Shown here one piece after another: positions 22,451-34,202 of a stretch of DNA of 64,000 nucleotides. Origin of the DNA: Podarcis liolepis (taxonomy: Eukaryota). Location: assembly GCA_965112155.1 (NCBI GenBank), contig OZ218099.1; one strand, given 5' to 3'. Below the pieces are notes generated by a model, which saw nothing but the letters and a program-made list of their open reading frames with translations, did no database searches and was not told the origin of the DNA. Position 1 is the first letter of the stretch; every line of letters begins with the position of its first letter. Both the position numbers and the translations under genes were made by a program.

Positions 22451-25400
22451 TAATTTGAATCCTTCCTACTACATTTAAAGCGCATTAAAACACATTCTAT
22501 CCCTCAAAGAATTCTTGGCCCTGTAGTTTACCCTACACAGAATTACAAACGACCATGCCCAGAATTCTTTGAGAGATAGAATGTGCTTTGAACATGCTTT
22601 AAAGGTATAGTGTGTACACAGCCTAAGTGTTGTGAAAGTATTTTGAATACATATTTACTACCCTGAAAACAAATACCTCAGAATGCAGCAAATGTGTGTA
22701 TAAAATGTTTCTGCCACACTTAAAACAGGTATGCTTTCATCTACATCAAAGTTGGTATGAAGGTCTAGTTCCAAGTGGACCACTATCTTCCCTTGACTGG
22801 TATTGCAACTTCTTAAAAATGTTTAAAAGATGATGGATATAGATTGAGATCAGCTGTCCAGCTCGATTCTGGTGTCACTACTAGTGAGTCAGAATGAAGT
22901 ACAGCTCAGGAATGTGTTCTTTAACTGGATTTCAACTGAGCCAGGTTGCTAGACTCAACTCTAAGGGAAGTGGATGGGTTAGGATCTCACTAGGAACATA
23001 ATGATTAGTATAAACATATAAACTTGTGCACGCATGTTTGCCCTTCGTTTTGTTGATACATGCTTGGCTGTTTATATGGAGCCTGGGTAGCAATGTATTG
23101 TTGATCTCTAGCAACCTGCTAGAGTCAGGGAATGGGAAGGAGGCGGGAAAGAGGCAGCCTTGGGCAGCAGGACGCTATGACCTTCTGGTTGGTGGTGTAG
23201 TCTCATGAATGTGTCATTACTGTTAAATTAATTAACTAGCTGTCGGGATAAATCATGGGCCTTCCTCCCAACTTCATATGTTTGTATTCTTTGTTCATAA
23301 AATACTATTTTGCTGATGTTCATTGCAACCGTCTCATTTTGTCTCTACACAGCTAAGAGGAAACTGAGCCACCTTCTGTTTCTACCACCAGTTTGTAAAA
23401 GAGAAAATTTTGATCAACTCTAGAGTGGTACCAAGCAAATCTGCAGCACTTTTTCTTAAAAACAAAAAAAATCCTCTGCCCAACTCTGTCACCTGGGAGA
23501 CTTTGAGAATACATTTGTGAATGAAAATATGCTGCACGTAGGAGACTTATGAAGAATAGAGACACATAGGCATGAAGGAGAAACTGAGCTCTGAACAAAT
23601 AAGCTTTTGACATTGGCACATGCGCAGACTATTCTTTTACTTATAGTACTGTGAAAAGGAGGTATAATCTGCGCCTAATACCACTTTCACTTCTACCACC
23701 ACCTTCCTAAAGTACAAAACTTGTCCAGATGCAAGTTTGAAGCTGTTTCTCGTCTACTCATTATCAACCCTTCCTCCTCCATCACTAGAGGCTTTTTTCT
23801 CTTTTAAAAGTCTGTAGGTGTATGCCGCTGAACCCTTGCGCCAATTCACCTTGTTCATTTCACTTGCTAATTTCTCTTAGAATAAGCTAAAGCTGCCTAC
23901 TTAAGAATACTATTTTGTCATCTTTTCCCAAGGTCATTCCCCACTGCCTTGCCCTGCCTCCCTTTCATGAGGCAAATGGCAAACGGGTGTATAAAAGGTA
24001 TGATTGCCTGATGCCAGCATTTATTAAGGAAAACATATTTAAAATCTTAGCCTGCAATTTTATGTGAAGGAAAACATGCAACCATTAGGAGGACTAGAGC
24101 AGCAAAAGACAAAGCAAAATGAAATCTGCCCAAACCACCATGTCACTCTCTGACCATTTTTTAAGGCATCACCTACCCCTGCCCCATTTTTGTCCCCTAC
24201 AAAAAATCTGTCTGCCACACATTTGCATTCCCACCTCGTTTCTTGAGGTGTGACATACTTTATGGCTGGTCCCAAGAAGTGGTGGTCTGGATGTACATTC
24301 TTATTAATGTGAGGTGCTAAATTAATCTTTAGCTAGGAAATTATTCAACAAATATAACAGAAAACAATAACAATAGAACTCACAAATCCCGCTGGGTAAG
24401 CCTTTTTAAGACCAAGAACTTGCACATTTTAGGAAAGGCAGTCACCTGTGGTTCCACTGCCAATATAGCTGTCTACCCAATATGTGTAAGAAGGGGCCCC
24501 TTGAGGCAGCCCTCTCTCACAGACACAGGTTGCTTTGCAAAACCATTTGTACTACCTGCAACACTTGGTATTGCAGACATATTCCCTGAAGCCCTGCTCC
24601 AAGATAATCCCCTAATCCAGCTCTCATTACTTTAGAAAATTAAAAACCTGGCTCCACTCATGAGAGAATTCCTGAATGCAGCTAGCAAAGGGCTCCTTCC
24701 CGCCTGATGTTAAGTGGGACACAGCAGTCAAGAGCGGTTCCACTCTCTGCCTTGTGCCTTCTTATTGTTGTTACCGATGCAGCTAATGAAAGCAGCTACA
24801 GTGGGTGAACTATAAAGTTGGTTTTCAGACAAAAGGAAGAGATATTCAGATCAGGCAAAGCATTTCACCACTAAACCTCAGGTCAGGCAAACTTTCAATC
24901 AAGGAGACAAATCCTACAAGTTACCAATTTGATTCTACACAGCAGGATTTACAAGAGCAAGTCTGGTTTAAAAGACTGTTGTGCAGAGTTAATCAGGCAA
25001 GCAGCAGGAGTGGGAGCCAGAAATCTATGCTGGAACTAGGTTACATTTTAAAATAGACAATGATTTAGATGCTCTCAGGATCCCCTGGAAAGCATGCCAG
25101 GGGGCGGGAGGGGGGAATTTGGAAGGGGAAGGCAAGTGAAGGTGGATGCACAGTGACATTGAAACTATGTTCTAGTTCAAGGCCTTGTAAACAAGATAAA
25201 CACCAGCAACACCTCATTATATTGACACAGAGCAAACCACAAGGCAAATCCCAGCCCAGGGAAAATCGCTGTCCACCCAGCAAACCAGGTATTAGTCAGC
25301 CTCAGCTGAGCGGAAGCAAAGTCTCTCTTTTGGGAAAGTAGATATTTCTTTCTGTGGCAACTGCTGGTCTTCCCTGAGCGTTAAGTGCTATGGGGTGAGT

Positions 25401-25973
25401 GAAAAAGCTTTGTTTGTTCCAGAAAAGGCTACGTGTGGGTGCTAAAGGTAGACTGGAACCAGGCAAGGAGATAGGCAGTAGCCGAGTCTTACTCTGGGTA
25501 CTAATGTTGTCTCTTAAAAATAAGCAAACATTAAGTATGATATCACAAATGATTATCTTCTGACTACCTTGCATCCAGTTGCAATAATTACTTCATCACC
25601 CAACTATTTGATGTGTTTTTATTGGAGAGCATTTTGCATCAAAGCAATGCAAACCAGCCCATCTCTCTCCAGTGCCAGGAACACTCTTGTTTGGGGCAGC
25701 ATCTAACAGCATGCCAGAGGGAGGAGTTCTGTGGCTTGTAATAGCTTTTAGGAACCACAAATTGTATCCCCTCCGACCAAAACCCAGTATTCCTTAACAT
25801 CTCCACAAGTGATTCCGCCCTTTACAGAATTCAGTTTTTAATTTAAAAGAGACTCAGTATACCTTAAAAATGACCCACTGTAGAATCCCTGCATAATTTC
25901 AGTATCATTTCGTTAAAAGGCACATCTGCATAAGTTAGAAGGAGACCATTCAACTAATTTGGGGTTAACTTAC

Positions 25974-26104
25974 TGCATCTTTCTCTGGGTTGCAGACTTT
26001 TACCCAGAGGATATGATCCAGGAGCCAGTCTATGGGCTTGTCCTTATAGAACATGAGTATGAATTCCACAATAAGACTGAGATCCAAAGACTTGAACATC
26101 TTCC
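25974..26104 (-). CDS. MGAT4B: MGAT4B coding exon 9
   Basis: ctttcAG|GG AAG ATG...GAT GCA|GTAAGT; [43 protein letters not shown]. Confidence 0.96.
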
Positions 26105-26544
26105 CTGAAAGTGTGGACAAGAGAGAAAAATTAGAAATGCATGTTGGATCAGAGAAACAACCCTTTCCTTGCCCTGGAGTATTCTCTACAGATGTGAACT
26201 TCTTTTTAAAAAGGCATTCAGCCTGCTGATGCTGAGCCAATTAGCAGAATCTTAATACTGGCACACTGCTAACCCCTTACATATGGCCGTGCTCTTACAG
26301 ACAACTCTTGACCAAGACTTTAGGCCAACTTCTATGTTCTCAGGGGCCAGTCTATTCTCCAAACAGTGGTCTGCGGGCCAGAAGTACATTTTGCTACATG
26401 TTCTGACCTCCTAACAGGAGGTCAGACACTGTAAATAACGTTAATGCCTCATATCAGTGAGGGCTTTATAAGAGTGGACTGTATTTGCTCCGGCACAGCC
26501 TAAAATCAATATGTGCTATTCTAGGGAGAAATGTAGTATCGAAG

Positions 26545-26690
26545 CAGTGGTGGCTAACTAGTGGCCCTGCAGATGTTGCTGAACTATGACATCCATTATC
26601 CCTGATGATTGGCCACGCTCACTGCCTGGGGCTGGAGATGTAGCTCAGCAACATCTGCAGGGCCAGAGGTCAGTCAGCCAGCCATCCCTG
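26545..26690. mobile_element. Palindromic hAT MITE (family of 152-286)
   Basis: ggccctgcagatgttgctga ... tcagcaacatctgcagggcc inverted arms. Confidence 0.75.
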
Positions 26691-26984
26691 CATTTGAAGA
26701 GTGCAGTAGGTCTGTCTCCTACAACTTTTGGAAACATTTATTTTTCCTTACAAATGAACCTAACGAACACACACCTTATGCTTTAATGGCCTGCCAATGA
26801 GATCCTGCTTGGGGTACCATTTGTTGTTTCAACATAAGCACCCACTCAGAGCAGGGCCTTCTCACTTGCTGCATCAGGGAGACAAGCCCTCTCCCTGGCC
26901 CAGGTGATATTGGAAAGCAGTACAGAAACAGTGCAAATGAATGAATGAGGAGGATACTTCTTAACCCAACCTTGATTAAGTTAT

Positions 26985-27177
26985 AGAGAACCAGTGTGGC
27001 ATACCAGTTGGGAATGTTGAACTAGGTTTCAATCAGCCATGAAGCCTACTGGGTGACCTTGGGCCACTTACTCTCTCAGTCCAACCAACTTCACAGAGTT
27101 GTTATGAGAAAAAAATGGGGAGGACAACTATGTAAGCCACCTTGAGCTCCTTGAAGGAAAGGTAGACTACTAATGCA

Positions 27178-27180
<3 letters not shown>
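26985..27180 (+). mobile_element. Old CORE/MIR-like SINE; related minus copy ~62215-62420
   Basis: ctgggtgaccttgggccacttactctctcag...cttcacagagttgttatgag...gccaccttgagctcc. Confidence 0.6.

Positions 27181-27225
<45 letters not shown>
27181..27225 (+). repeat. (TAT)n microsatellite
   Basis: ~15 units seen directly. Confidence 0.97.
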
Positions 27226-27226
<1 letters not shown>

Positions 27227-27459
27227 TTGTTTGTCCATGAGCCATGTCTGCTCTGCTCCTTAAATGGAATGAAGGTTTGAAGCAACCTTTCCTGTTAGGC
27301 TTCATTCAAGGCCACCTCTCCAGTTCCTGATTCAGTTGCATTCAGTGCCCCCATATCCCTTCCAATATTGTTGCCGCCCAAATAGGAGTGGTATGAAAGA
27401 CTGGTTTTTTCCCCACCTGTAATCAGTGAAGGATCTCTGCTGTTTTAACATCATAGTAG

Positions 27460-27570
27460 TGGTAGTAATAAATTTATATGCCGCCCATCTGACTCGGTTG
27501 CCCCAGCCACTCTGGGTGGCTTTCAACAAATTAAAACACAGTAAGACATTAAACATTAAAAACTTCCCTG
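27460..27570 (-). mobile_element. LINE2 3' tail fragment
   Basis: Minus: aaagccacccagagtggctggggcaaccgagtcagatgggcggcatataaatttattactac. Confidence 0.7.
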
Positions 27571-27953
27571 TACACAAGACAAGCATGCACATGAACCAGC
27601 TGCTCCTCCCAACTAGTAACTAGAGCCTCTTAAGACGCCTGGCCTGTTTAACAAGCCACATCAATAAAACATTTGTGTCACACAAAAAAGCAAAGTGAAA
27701 CTAGAGATGGCAGGCTTTGCTGTATGTTCTTTGTGTTCTGCGTTGAGTTTGGAGGAAGCCAGAGTGTAACTGTCACAACTTTTGTGTTCCATTTGTGCCA
27801 AAAGAAGCACAACTGAGAACATGGATGGTGCTTTCCTTTCTCCTGCAGGCAGAGTTAGGCACAGCACTGAAGCAGATGCCGCTGGGAGAGGTTTCTCCTC
27901 TAAGCAAAATGCACCTGAAGGTGCTGTTGGTGCTATGTTGAAGGGAGCCTTAC

Positions 27954-28068
27954 CAATAAACCCAAGCTGTGAGAACTCCAGGATCATCCATTCCTCTGAT
28001 GGCTGCTGCAGAGCAAAGTTCTTCATTGTGCTGAGATAGTTTGGCTTGGCTACAATATCATCTTCCAG
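27954..28068 (-). CDS. MGAT4B: MGAT4B coding exon 8 (EDD motif)
   Basis: ttgtAG|CTG GAA GAT GAT...TTT ATT G|GTAAGG; [38 protein letters not shown](G). Confidence 0.96.
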
Positions 28069-28560
28069 CTACAAAACAAACAGTGGGAGATGCCAGTACT
28101 CGTGACAGATCATGCACTCTGCTGAAGAAAAACTCTACCCTACAACATGCCCAACAAGCAAAAATGGGAGGAAGAAACCTCTAGCCAGGGACAGGGTTTT
28201 AATAAGGAAGACAAAACCTTCCAGCAGTTTCCTGTTTTTGTTAAACGAACTAAAATAATGAATAATACTCAATCAGTAATGGTCAATTAGCTCCAGGCAT
28301 GCCAGCATTATACAAGAAAAGATCTATTCCCATAATCAAACACGGATCTTGTTTTTCTAGCCATTGGAAGCAGGCAAACATTAGAAATAGACCCTGCTGT
28401 CAAAAGTCATGTTACATAATAAGGTACCAGCAGCAATATGCTGATTCCACAGTTAGGCTACCAAGTCAAGACCACATAATGTCAAAGCTGAAATGCTTAA
28501 AAAACAACAACAACCCCCCCCCCAAACGTCCCATTCTACCACTCCAGCTAACTCAGGATA

Positions 28561-28722
28561 CAGGAACATATGAAGCTATCTTATACCGAGTCAGACCATT
28601 GATCCTTCTGGCTCAATGCTGTCAACACAGACCGGCAGCCAGGAGCCTGTCCCTGCCAGGAACTGAATCTAGGACCTTCTGCATTCAAAGCAAATGCTTT
28701 GCCCCTTAACTATGGCTCTCCC
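28561..28722 (-). mobile_element. tRNA-derived SINE (Squam3-like), internally deleted
   Basis: Minus head gccatagttaaggggcaaagcatttgc...agattcagttcctggc; tail gtctgactcggtataagatagcttcatatgttcc. Confidence 0.65.
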
Positions 28723-29025
28723 TCAAACCTTGTGAAGGTTAAAGTGATTATTTCCCCATCTAAATCTTAGCAAAATTCATTTGGCCAACTGCTATTAGAA
28801 CACCAAGGTCTTACCCAAGAAAGAGACAGAGTTAAAAGTAACAGTTTTAATGAAACACATAACAGCCAGATCAAAATAATGAACAACATGGTCTACTGTA
28901 TGTACCCTCCCTCCTTCTAAAACACAGGCTTCCCACACATACTTTTGTGTTTTGATCAAGGACCCAGACAAAATGTTCCTTGCTGGGAGCAACAGAATCT
29001 ATACTTTAGCCAATGTTTAACTTAC

Positions 29026-29101
29026 CTGGACATAATAGATGCCTTTGGACTGTGCATACATCATTAGAAAGCAATAATCTAGGTTCTGTTTAGTCCTCCA
29101 C
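29026..29101 (-). CDS. MGAT4B: MGAT4B coding exon 7
   Basis: tttatAG|G TGG AGG...GTC CAG|GTAAGT; [25 protein letters not shown]. Confidence 0.96.
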
Positions 29102-29475
29102 CTATAAAATAGAGAAAGGCTATAATGGCACACAAGGCAGAAAGTTGTTCCATTGCTGGCAGGCAGCAGGTGCTTTCAACGGAGAAAAACACAAGTTCAG
29201 CAGGGAATTCAGAATCTGGTACACTCTCATTCTGAGACCATAATGAGTTCCAGATCTATTCTGAGTACATAGCTATCATTCTAGCTTGGACTCTAGGTGA
29301 TTTTAGGACCAAACGACATCTGTTGTTATTCATGGGATTAGCAACGTGTAGTTTTAAAAATCTAAGTAACGGAACAGTCATGGGAGGCGGTTCAGTCCAG
29401 ATTGTAACTGCAGCATTGGGGGGGGGGGGAGTAAGAGATTTAACCCTCTGTCCCTGCCACAGTCCTTACTTTCGT

Positions 29476-29657
29476 GGGGAAGGGCCATAGCTCATTGACA
29501 GAGCACCTGTTTTACATGCAAAAAGCTCCAGGTTCAATCCCTGGAGCCAGGCAGGGCTTGGAATGTCCTTGGTCTGAATTCCCAGAGAGCTGCTGCCGCT
29601 CAGTGTAAGCAATATAGACCAACAGCAGTCTTGACTCTGCATAAGGCAGCTTTCTAT
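29476..29657 (+). mobile_element. tRNA-derived SINE (Squam3-like)
   Basis: A box-like tagctcattga, B box ggttcaatccc, body gagagctgctgcc, tail tgactctgcataaggcagcttt. Confidence 0.7.
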
Positions 29658-30116
29658 CCAGCCCCCTTCTGGCTGCTATTTGCATTAAGATTTTTTTCCC
29701 CTGTGGGTGCCAGTGGGAGTTTCCTTCCTTTCTGATGCAAATTGCCATGGGAGGGGCCAACATCTGGATCAGAACTGCAGTGGGAGCAAAGGGTTGTGGG
29801 CCCCCCCCCACCCTTTGCTGCGGGGGCTGCTTATGTTAAATTAAAAGAGCTGTCACATGATTAGCAATTGTGTGAATAATGGCACTAGCTCTAAGGCACA
29901 CATTCCATTGGAGTCACAAGAAAAGAGAAACAGCGCTGTTCACAATTTGAGCAGCTTGCTCAGGCAAATACATTTTGGAAAAGAAGTACAGGCCATTCAA
30001 CCTCTACTTGCTCCCTTTAAATGCCTGTTTCTTCTCTTACAAAGCCATGGTGGTGGGGGGCAGGGCAGACGAACACAGAGTGCCAGTAGGTATCCAGTCA
30101 GCAGGCTCTCTCTTAC

Positions 30117-30230
30117 CTGACCCTTTCCTTGGGGTCGCCAAAGGATTCCCGGAGGCGAGAGAAGTCTGGGTAGAAGTGTGGAGAAGGGGAAATAACTTCT
30201 AGAAGGCCAGAATGTATTTCATTGGGGAAC
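30117..30230 (-). CDS. MGAT4B: MGAT4B coding exon 6
   Basis: ttctcAG|G TTC CCC...AGG GTC AG|GTAAGA; [37 protein letters not shown](R). Confidence 0.96.
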
Positions 30231-31083
30231 CTGAGAAGGAACAAAAAAAAAACAAAACAAAAAAAAAAAAAAAGGCAAGGAAGAAGCTGTCACTTTCTGC
30301 AAAGAGGAGAATGCAACCCAACACTAGCGATTAATAGCCTGAAAATCATGGCACACCACAGGGCAGGACGACATTAAAAGCTCTGGGGAAGAAAACCTCC
30401 ACAGGAGCTACTGTGCTTTCAGGTCCTATTTTAAAACAGAAGAAACAGCAACAGGGGGAATTGTTGCCATTTTGAAAAGCTCTCCCCCTGCCTTGGATTT
30501 CTCAAATACCTCACAGCAGCTTGTGGAAGGTGAAGTTAGATTTTCCTACCACACTTGTGCCCCATTCTTACATGAACATTACTTTTGAATGCTGCTCAGT
30601 ATGAGGGCTTGTTTGTTTATTGCGATTTTTTACGTATTACATGCTAAATGTCCTGATTGTTACAAAAGGCAACTGGGTACTAGCTCCTCCCCCTAGTTCA
30701 TGGATATGGGGCCTGTAGCCCTCTTGATGTTGTTGGGACTCCCAACTGCCCTCACCCCTGACCACTAGCCATGTGTGTCTGTATGATGCAGAGTGTTGGA
30801 GGAGGACCTGGCTGAGAGTGTTTGTAACTGTTTTTAGAACGTTTTAAAACTGCATTTAGTTTTTATTTCTAATGTGTTATTATTACTGTGTCTGCTGGCT
30901 CCTTCAGAAGGAAGGGCAGGATGTAAATAGGATGTAAATAAAATAAAAAATTTCTTAAATGTGTGTCCTTTCCTTTCTCCCAAAGGAGCCCAAGGCAGTT
31001 TAGACTAGACAGGTTCCCAATTCATTTTATATCTGATGTTATCTGTGTTATATATGTTATTTGTGTTATATGAATCTTCATTA

Positions 31084-31571
31084 CTGTATTTTTCGCCCCA
31101 TAGGACGCACTTTTCCCCCTCCAAAAATGAAGGGGAAATGTGTGTGCGTCCTATGGGGTGAATGCAGGCTTTCGCTGAAGCCTGGAGAGCGAGAGGCATC
31201 GGTGCGCACCGACCCCTCTCACTCTCCAGGCTTCAGGAAGCTATCCGCCAGCCTTGCAAGCCCGGTGGGAGTTCCTGCGGGCTCATAAGGCTTGCGGGCA
31301 GCAGCCTGCAGCCCCCGCGAGTGTCCGCAAGCCTTGCGCGCCCGGCAGGAGGTCCCGCCGAGTGCGCGAGGCTTGGGGCGGCAGCCTGTCGCCCGAAGCA
31401 CGGGGAGCCCTCCGGAGGGTGCCCCGTGCTTCGGGGAGGTGAGCGCAAGGCTTGGGGCGGCAGCCAGGGCGGCGGCGGGGGGGGGGGGAATATATATATT
31501 TTTTTCATTTCCCCCCCAAAAAACAAGATGCGTCCTATGGGCCGGTGCGCCCTATAGGACGAAAAATACGG
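31084..31571. mobile_element. Young CpG-rich Tc1/mariner-superfamily MITE
   Basis: TA|CTGTATTTTTCGCCCCATAGGACGCAC ... GTGCGCCCTATAGGACGAAAAATACGG|TA; 27-bp TIR, TA TSD. Confidence 0.9.
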
Positions 31572-31732
31572 TAAGTCAATATTTAATTATTAAATTTGTT
31601 AGTCATTTCCCCAGGCAGGCCAAAGCAACATACAATATTCTGTTACAAAGATTACATCACTGCATTTTGTCTCTCTGTTCTTTAGAAAAGTCAAATACTT
31701 TGATGTTTTTTCCTGTCATGGCAGAGCTACTG

Positions 31733-31734
<2 letters not shown>

Positions 31735-31783
<49 letters not shown>

Positions 31784-31799
31784 TACTACTACTACTATT
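31735..31799 (+). repeat. Compound (TTA)n(CTA)n microsatellite
   Basis: Seen directly; source of the poly-Tyr run in ORF 31292-31954. Confidence 0.97.
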
Positions 31800-32260
31800 C
31801 CAAGGGTCAATTAATGACTCGTTCACTTTTCACTTTGTTTAAATGTCTTTTCATAGGGTTACATCAATATACCAGTACACATTCAAATTCCAAAAAGCAT
31901 CTGTGTTTTTGGCAGCCCTTAAATAATACATGTTTTGACAGTGTTTGCCTGTAGATAATCAGTCTCAGCATGTGCCCTGTAGTAAGTCTTTTTCTTAATC
32001 AAGTGATTGCAAGGCGACAGGAACCAGCAGTGGGATTAAGGAATAAAAAAGTAGCCTTTCTGTCTCATTGTGGGGTGGGGGTGTGCGTGGCTATTTCCTG
32101 TTGACAACTTTGTGTTCCTTTCAATTAATCATCTTTCTGCAATATTTGAACAGTGGCTTCTAACTGGGAAAGCTGTTCTCTTGATACAGGAGCAATTGCT
32201 TTTCCTCTAAGCCATCTAAACTAAAGATGGCATTTGCCACCACTGTGTTTCCCCTCCCCA

Positions 32261-32843
32261 CATAGAATCATAGAGTTGGAACAGACCACAAGGCCCATCG
32301 AGTCCAACCCCCTGCCAAGCAGGAAACACCATCAGAGCACTCCTGACATATGGTTGTCAAGCCTCTGCTTAAAGACCTCCAAAGAAGGAGACTCCACCAC
32401 ACTCCTTGGCAGCAAATTCCACTGTCAAACAGCTCTTACTGTCAGGAAGTTCTTCCTAATGTTTAGGTGGAATCTTCTTTCTTGTAGTTTGGATCCATTG
32501 CTCCGTGTCCGCTTCTCTGGAGCAGCAGAAAACAACCTTTCTCCCTCCTCTATATGACATCCTTTTATATATTTGAACATGGCTATCATATCACCCCTTA
32601 ACCTCCTCTTCTCCAGGCTAAACATGCCCAGCTCCCTTAGCCGTTCCTCATAAGGCATCGTTTCCAGGCCTTTGACCATTTTGGTTGCCCTCCTCTGGAC
32701 ACGTTCCAGTTTGTCAGTGTCCTTCTTGAACTGTGGTGCCCAGAACTGGACACAGTACTCCTGGTGAGGTCTGACCAGAGCAGAATACAGTGGCACTATT
32801 ACTTCCCTTGATCTAGATGCTATACTCCTATTGATGCAGCCCA
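32261..32843 (-). mobile_element. Young CR1 LINE, 5'-truncated
   Basis: Uninterrupted ORF2 C-terminus [44 protein letters not shown]...[10 protein letters not shown]; 3'UTR gggttggactcgatgg and (ATTCTATG) tail. Confidence 0.95.
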
Positions 32844-34155
32844 GATCCTATTGATGCAGCCCATGATTCTTCCTGTTCAGTTTAAGGGAGCTAAAACAAG
32901 CCATTTGTGTGCATGCAGTATGTGCGTGCATGCATGTGTGTTCAGAAATCAAATTGCTAAACTGATAAAAGGGAAACATTTGAGGCATCTGATAGAGAGC
33001 TGCTTTCCAAGACAATGTCCATCCATTTCATCGGGGTCCATTACACAGTCAGCCCTATAATGACTTGATAATTGTGTGGTCTCGTCCACAGCCAAAAGGA
33101 GTTTGCCAGACTCCACATAAGCCACAGACTCTTCATCAGCACTGGAAACAAAATGACTCCCACCTTAGCTATTACAAGAGCCTTCTCTCATCACCTGTAC
33201 AGCTCACGGAGCAAAACTTTAGTTAGTAGGTCACATCCTTTTTTCCAGGTCTTGATCTTAGCGGCTGTTATTAATAGGCAACATGCAGAATGCAGAAGCG
33301 GTAATGAAGTCAGGGACACTTCCATTACCATTATCTTCTAAATCTTCTGTCCTCTGAGCACTGATGCTACTAATTCCTGCCCAGTGTCTTCTACAAGCTC
33401 ACTAATCATTTTTTAAAAAACAAACCCACCAGAGCCTCCCATCCAAATCCTTAAAACCCCCAGAAAACGCCCTGAGCAACTTATTGATGAGAGAACCCTG
33501 ACAACGCAAAAAGAAACCCACATAATGCTTTGAGAGGGAAATTAACTATTAGGTTGACACAGAGCTCTGGAGAAATCAGATGCAGACCTGGTAGGAGCAG
33601 CAGGGAGACAGAATATAACCCTAATGAAGCAAAGGACATCATGGCAGGGATATTGATGTTGGAACTAAGCCTTATTTTGGTTTGAGGTCTGTGTTGCTGG
33701 CAAGCAGCCGCTTCTCCTGCTGTGAACAGGCTGTAGAATGAAGATAACAAGAACTGTCTGCCCAGGACCACTGTTAACTCTTAAGGCAGCAGTTAACTGA
33801 CATGGAGCCCACAAGTAACGTAAATACTGGCCAAAGGCAGCATAGCACATGCTGCTGTTCCAAAATAATGACTCTCCTGATAATCTAAGAAACAAAGGGG
33901 AAATAAATGGATGGCATGACTGATGCAGACTCACAACTTGTTTTAACAGGGGAGGGGAAATTAAAGGTTAATCAGCATGCAAACTCAATGCATAGGCTTA
34001 GTAAAAAAAGAAAGAAAAACCTTCCTCAGGAAGAAAACATAACATGCAAAAACCCCCCAAAATACTTTTGTTCTCATTTTTTAATTAAAGGTAAAAATTG
34101 GTATTTTTCCTAAGAAGAATGCAATAGTAATAAAGAATGAAAGAATGCTGCTTAC

Positions 34156-34202
34156 AGGCTTTTGATACTTTCTGCCACTCCTGTTGTATACTGTGGATCT
34201 GT
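34156..34202 (-). CDS. MGAT4B: MGAT4B coding exon 5 (47 nt)
   Basis: tttgcAG|ACA GAT CCA...AAA AGC CT|GTAAGC; TDPQYTTGVAESIKS(L); phases fit flanking exons. Confidence 0.93.

Larger units (their letters stand above)
21710..22623. mobile_element. PIF/Harbinger-type MITE (outer element of a nest)
   Basis: Perfect 14-bp TIR GGCTGTGTACACAC / GTGTGTACACAGCC with TAA TSD on both sides; fold-back arms resume at 22470 after nested insertions. Confidence 0.85.

Noticed and set aside
27661-27953. Long open read-through after exon 8 (ORF 27661-28026)
   Set aside because: Sequence after the GTAAGG donor has no recognisable similarity; intronic chance ORF.
31292-31954. Longest ORF (220 aa, +) and overlapping GC-rich ORFs
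   Set aside because: Runs through a GC-rich MITE and a (TTA)n microsatellite (poly-Tyr); no domain and no splice context.
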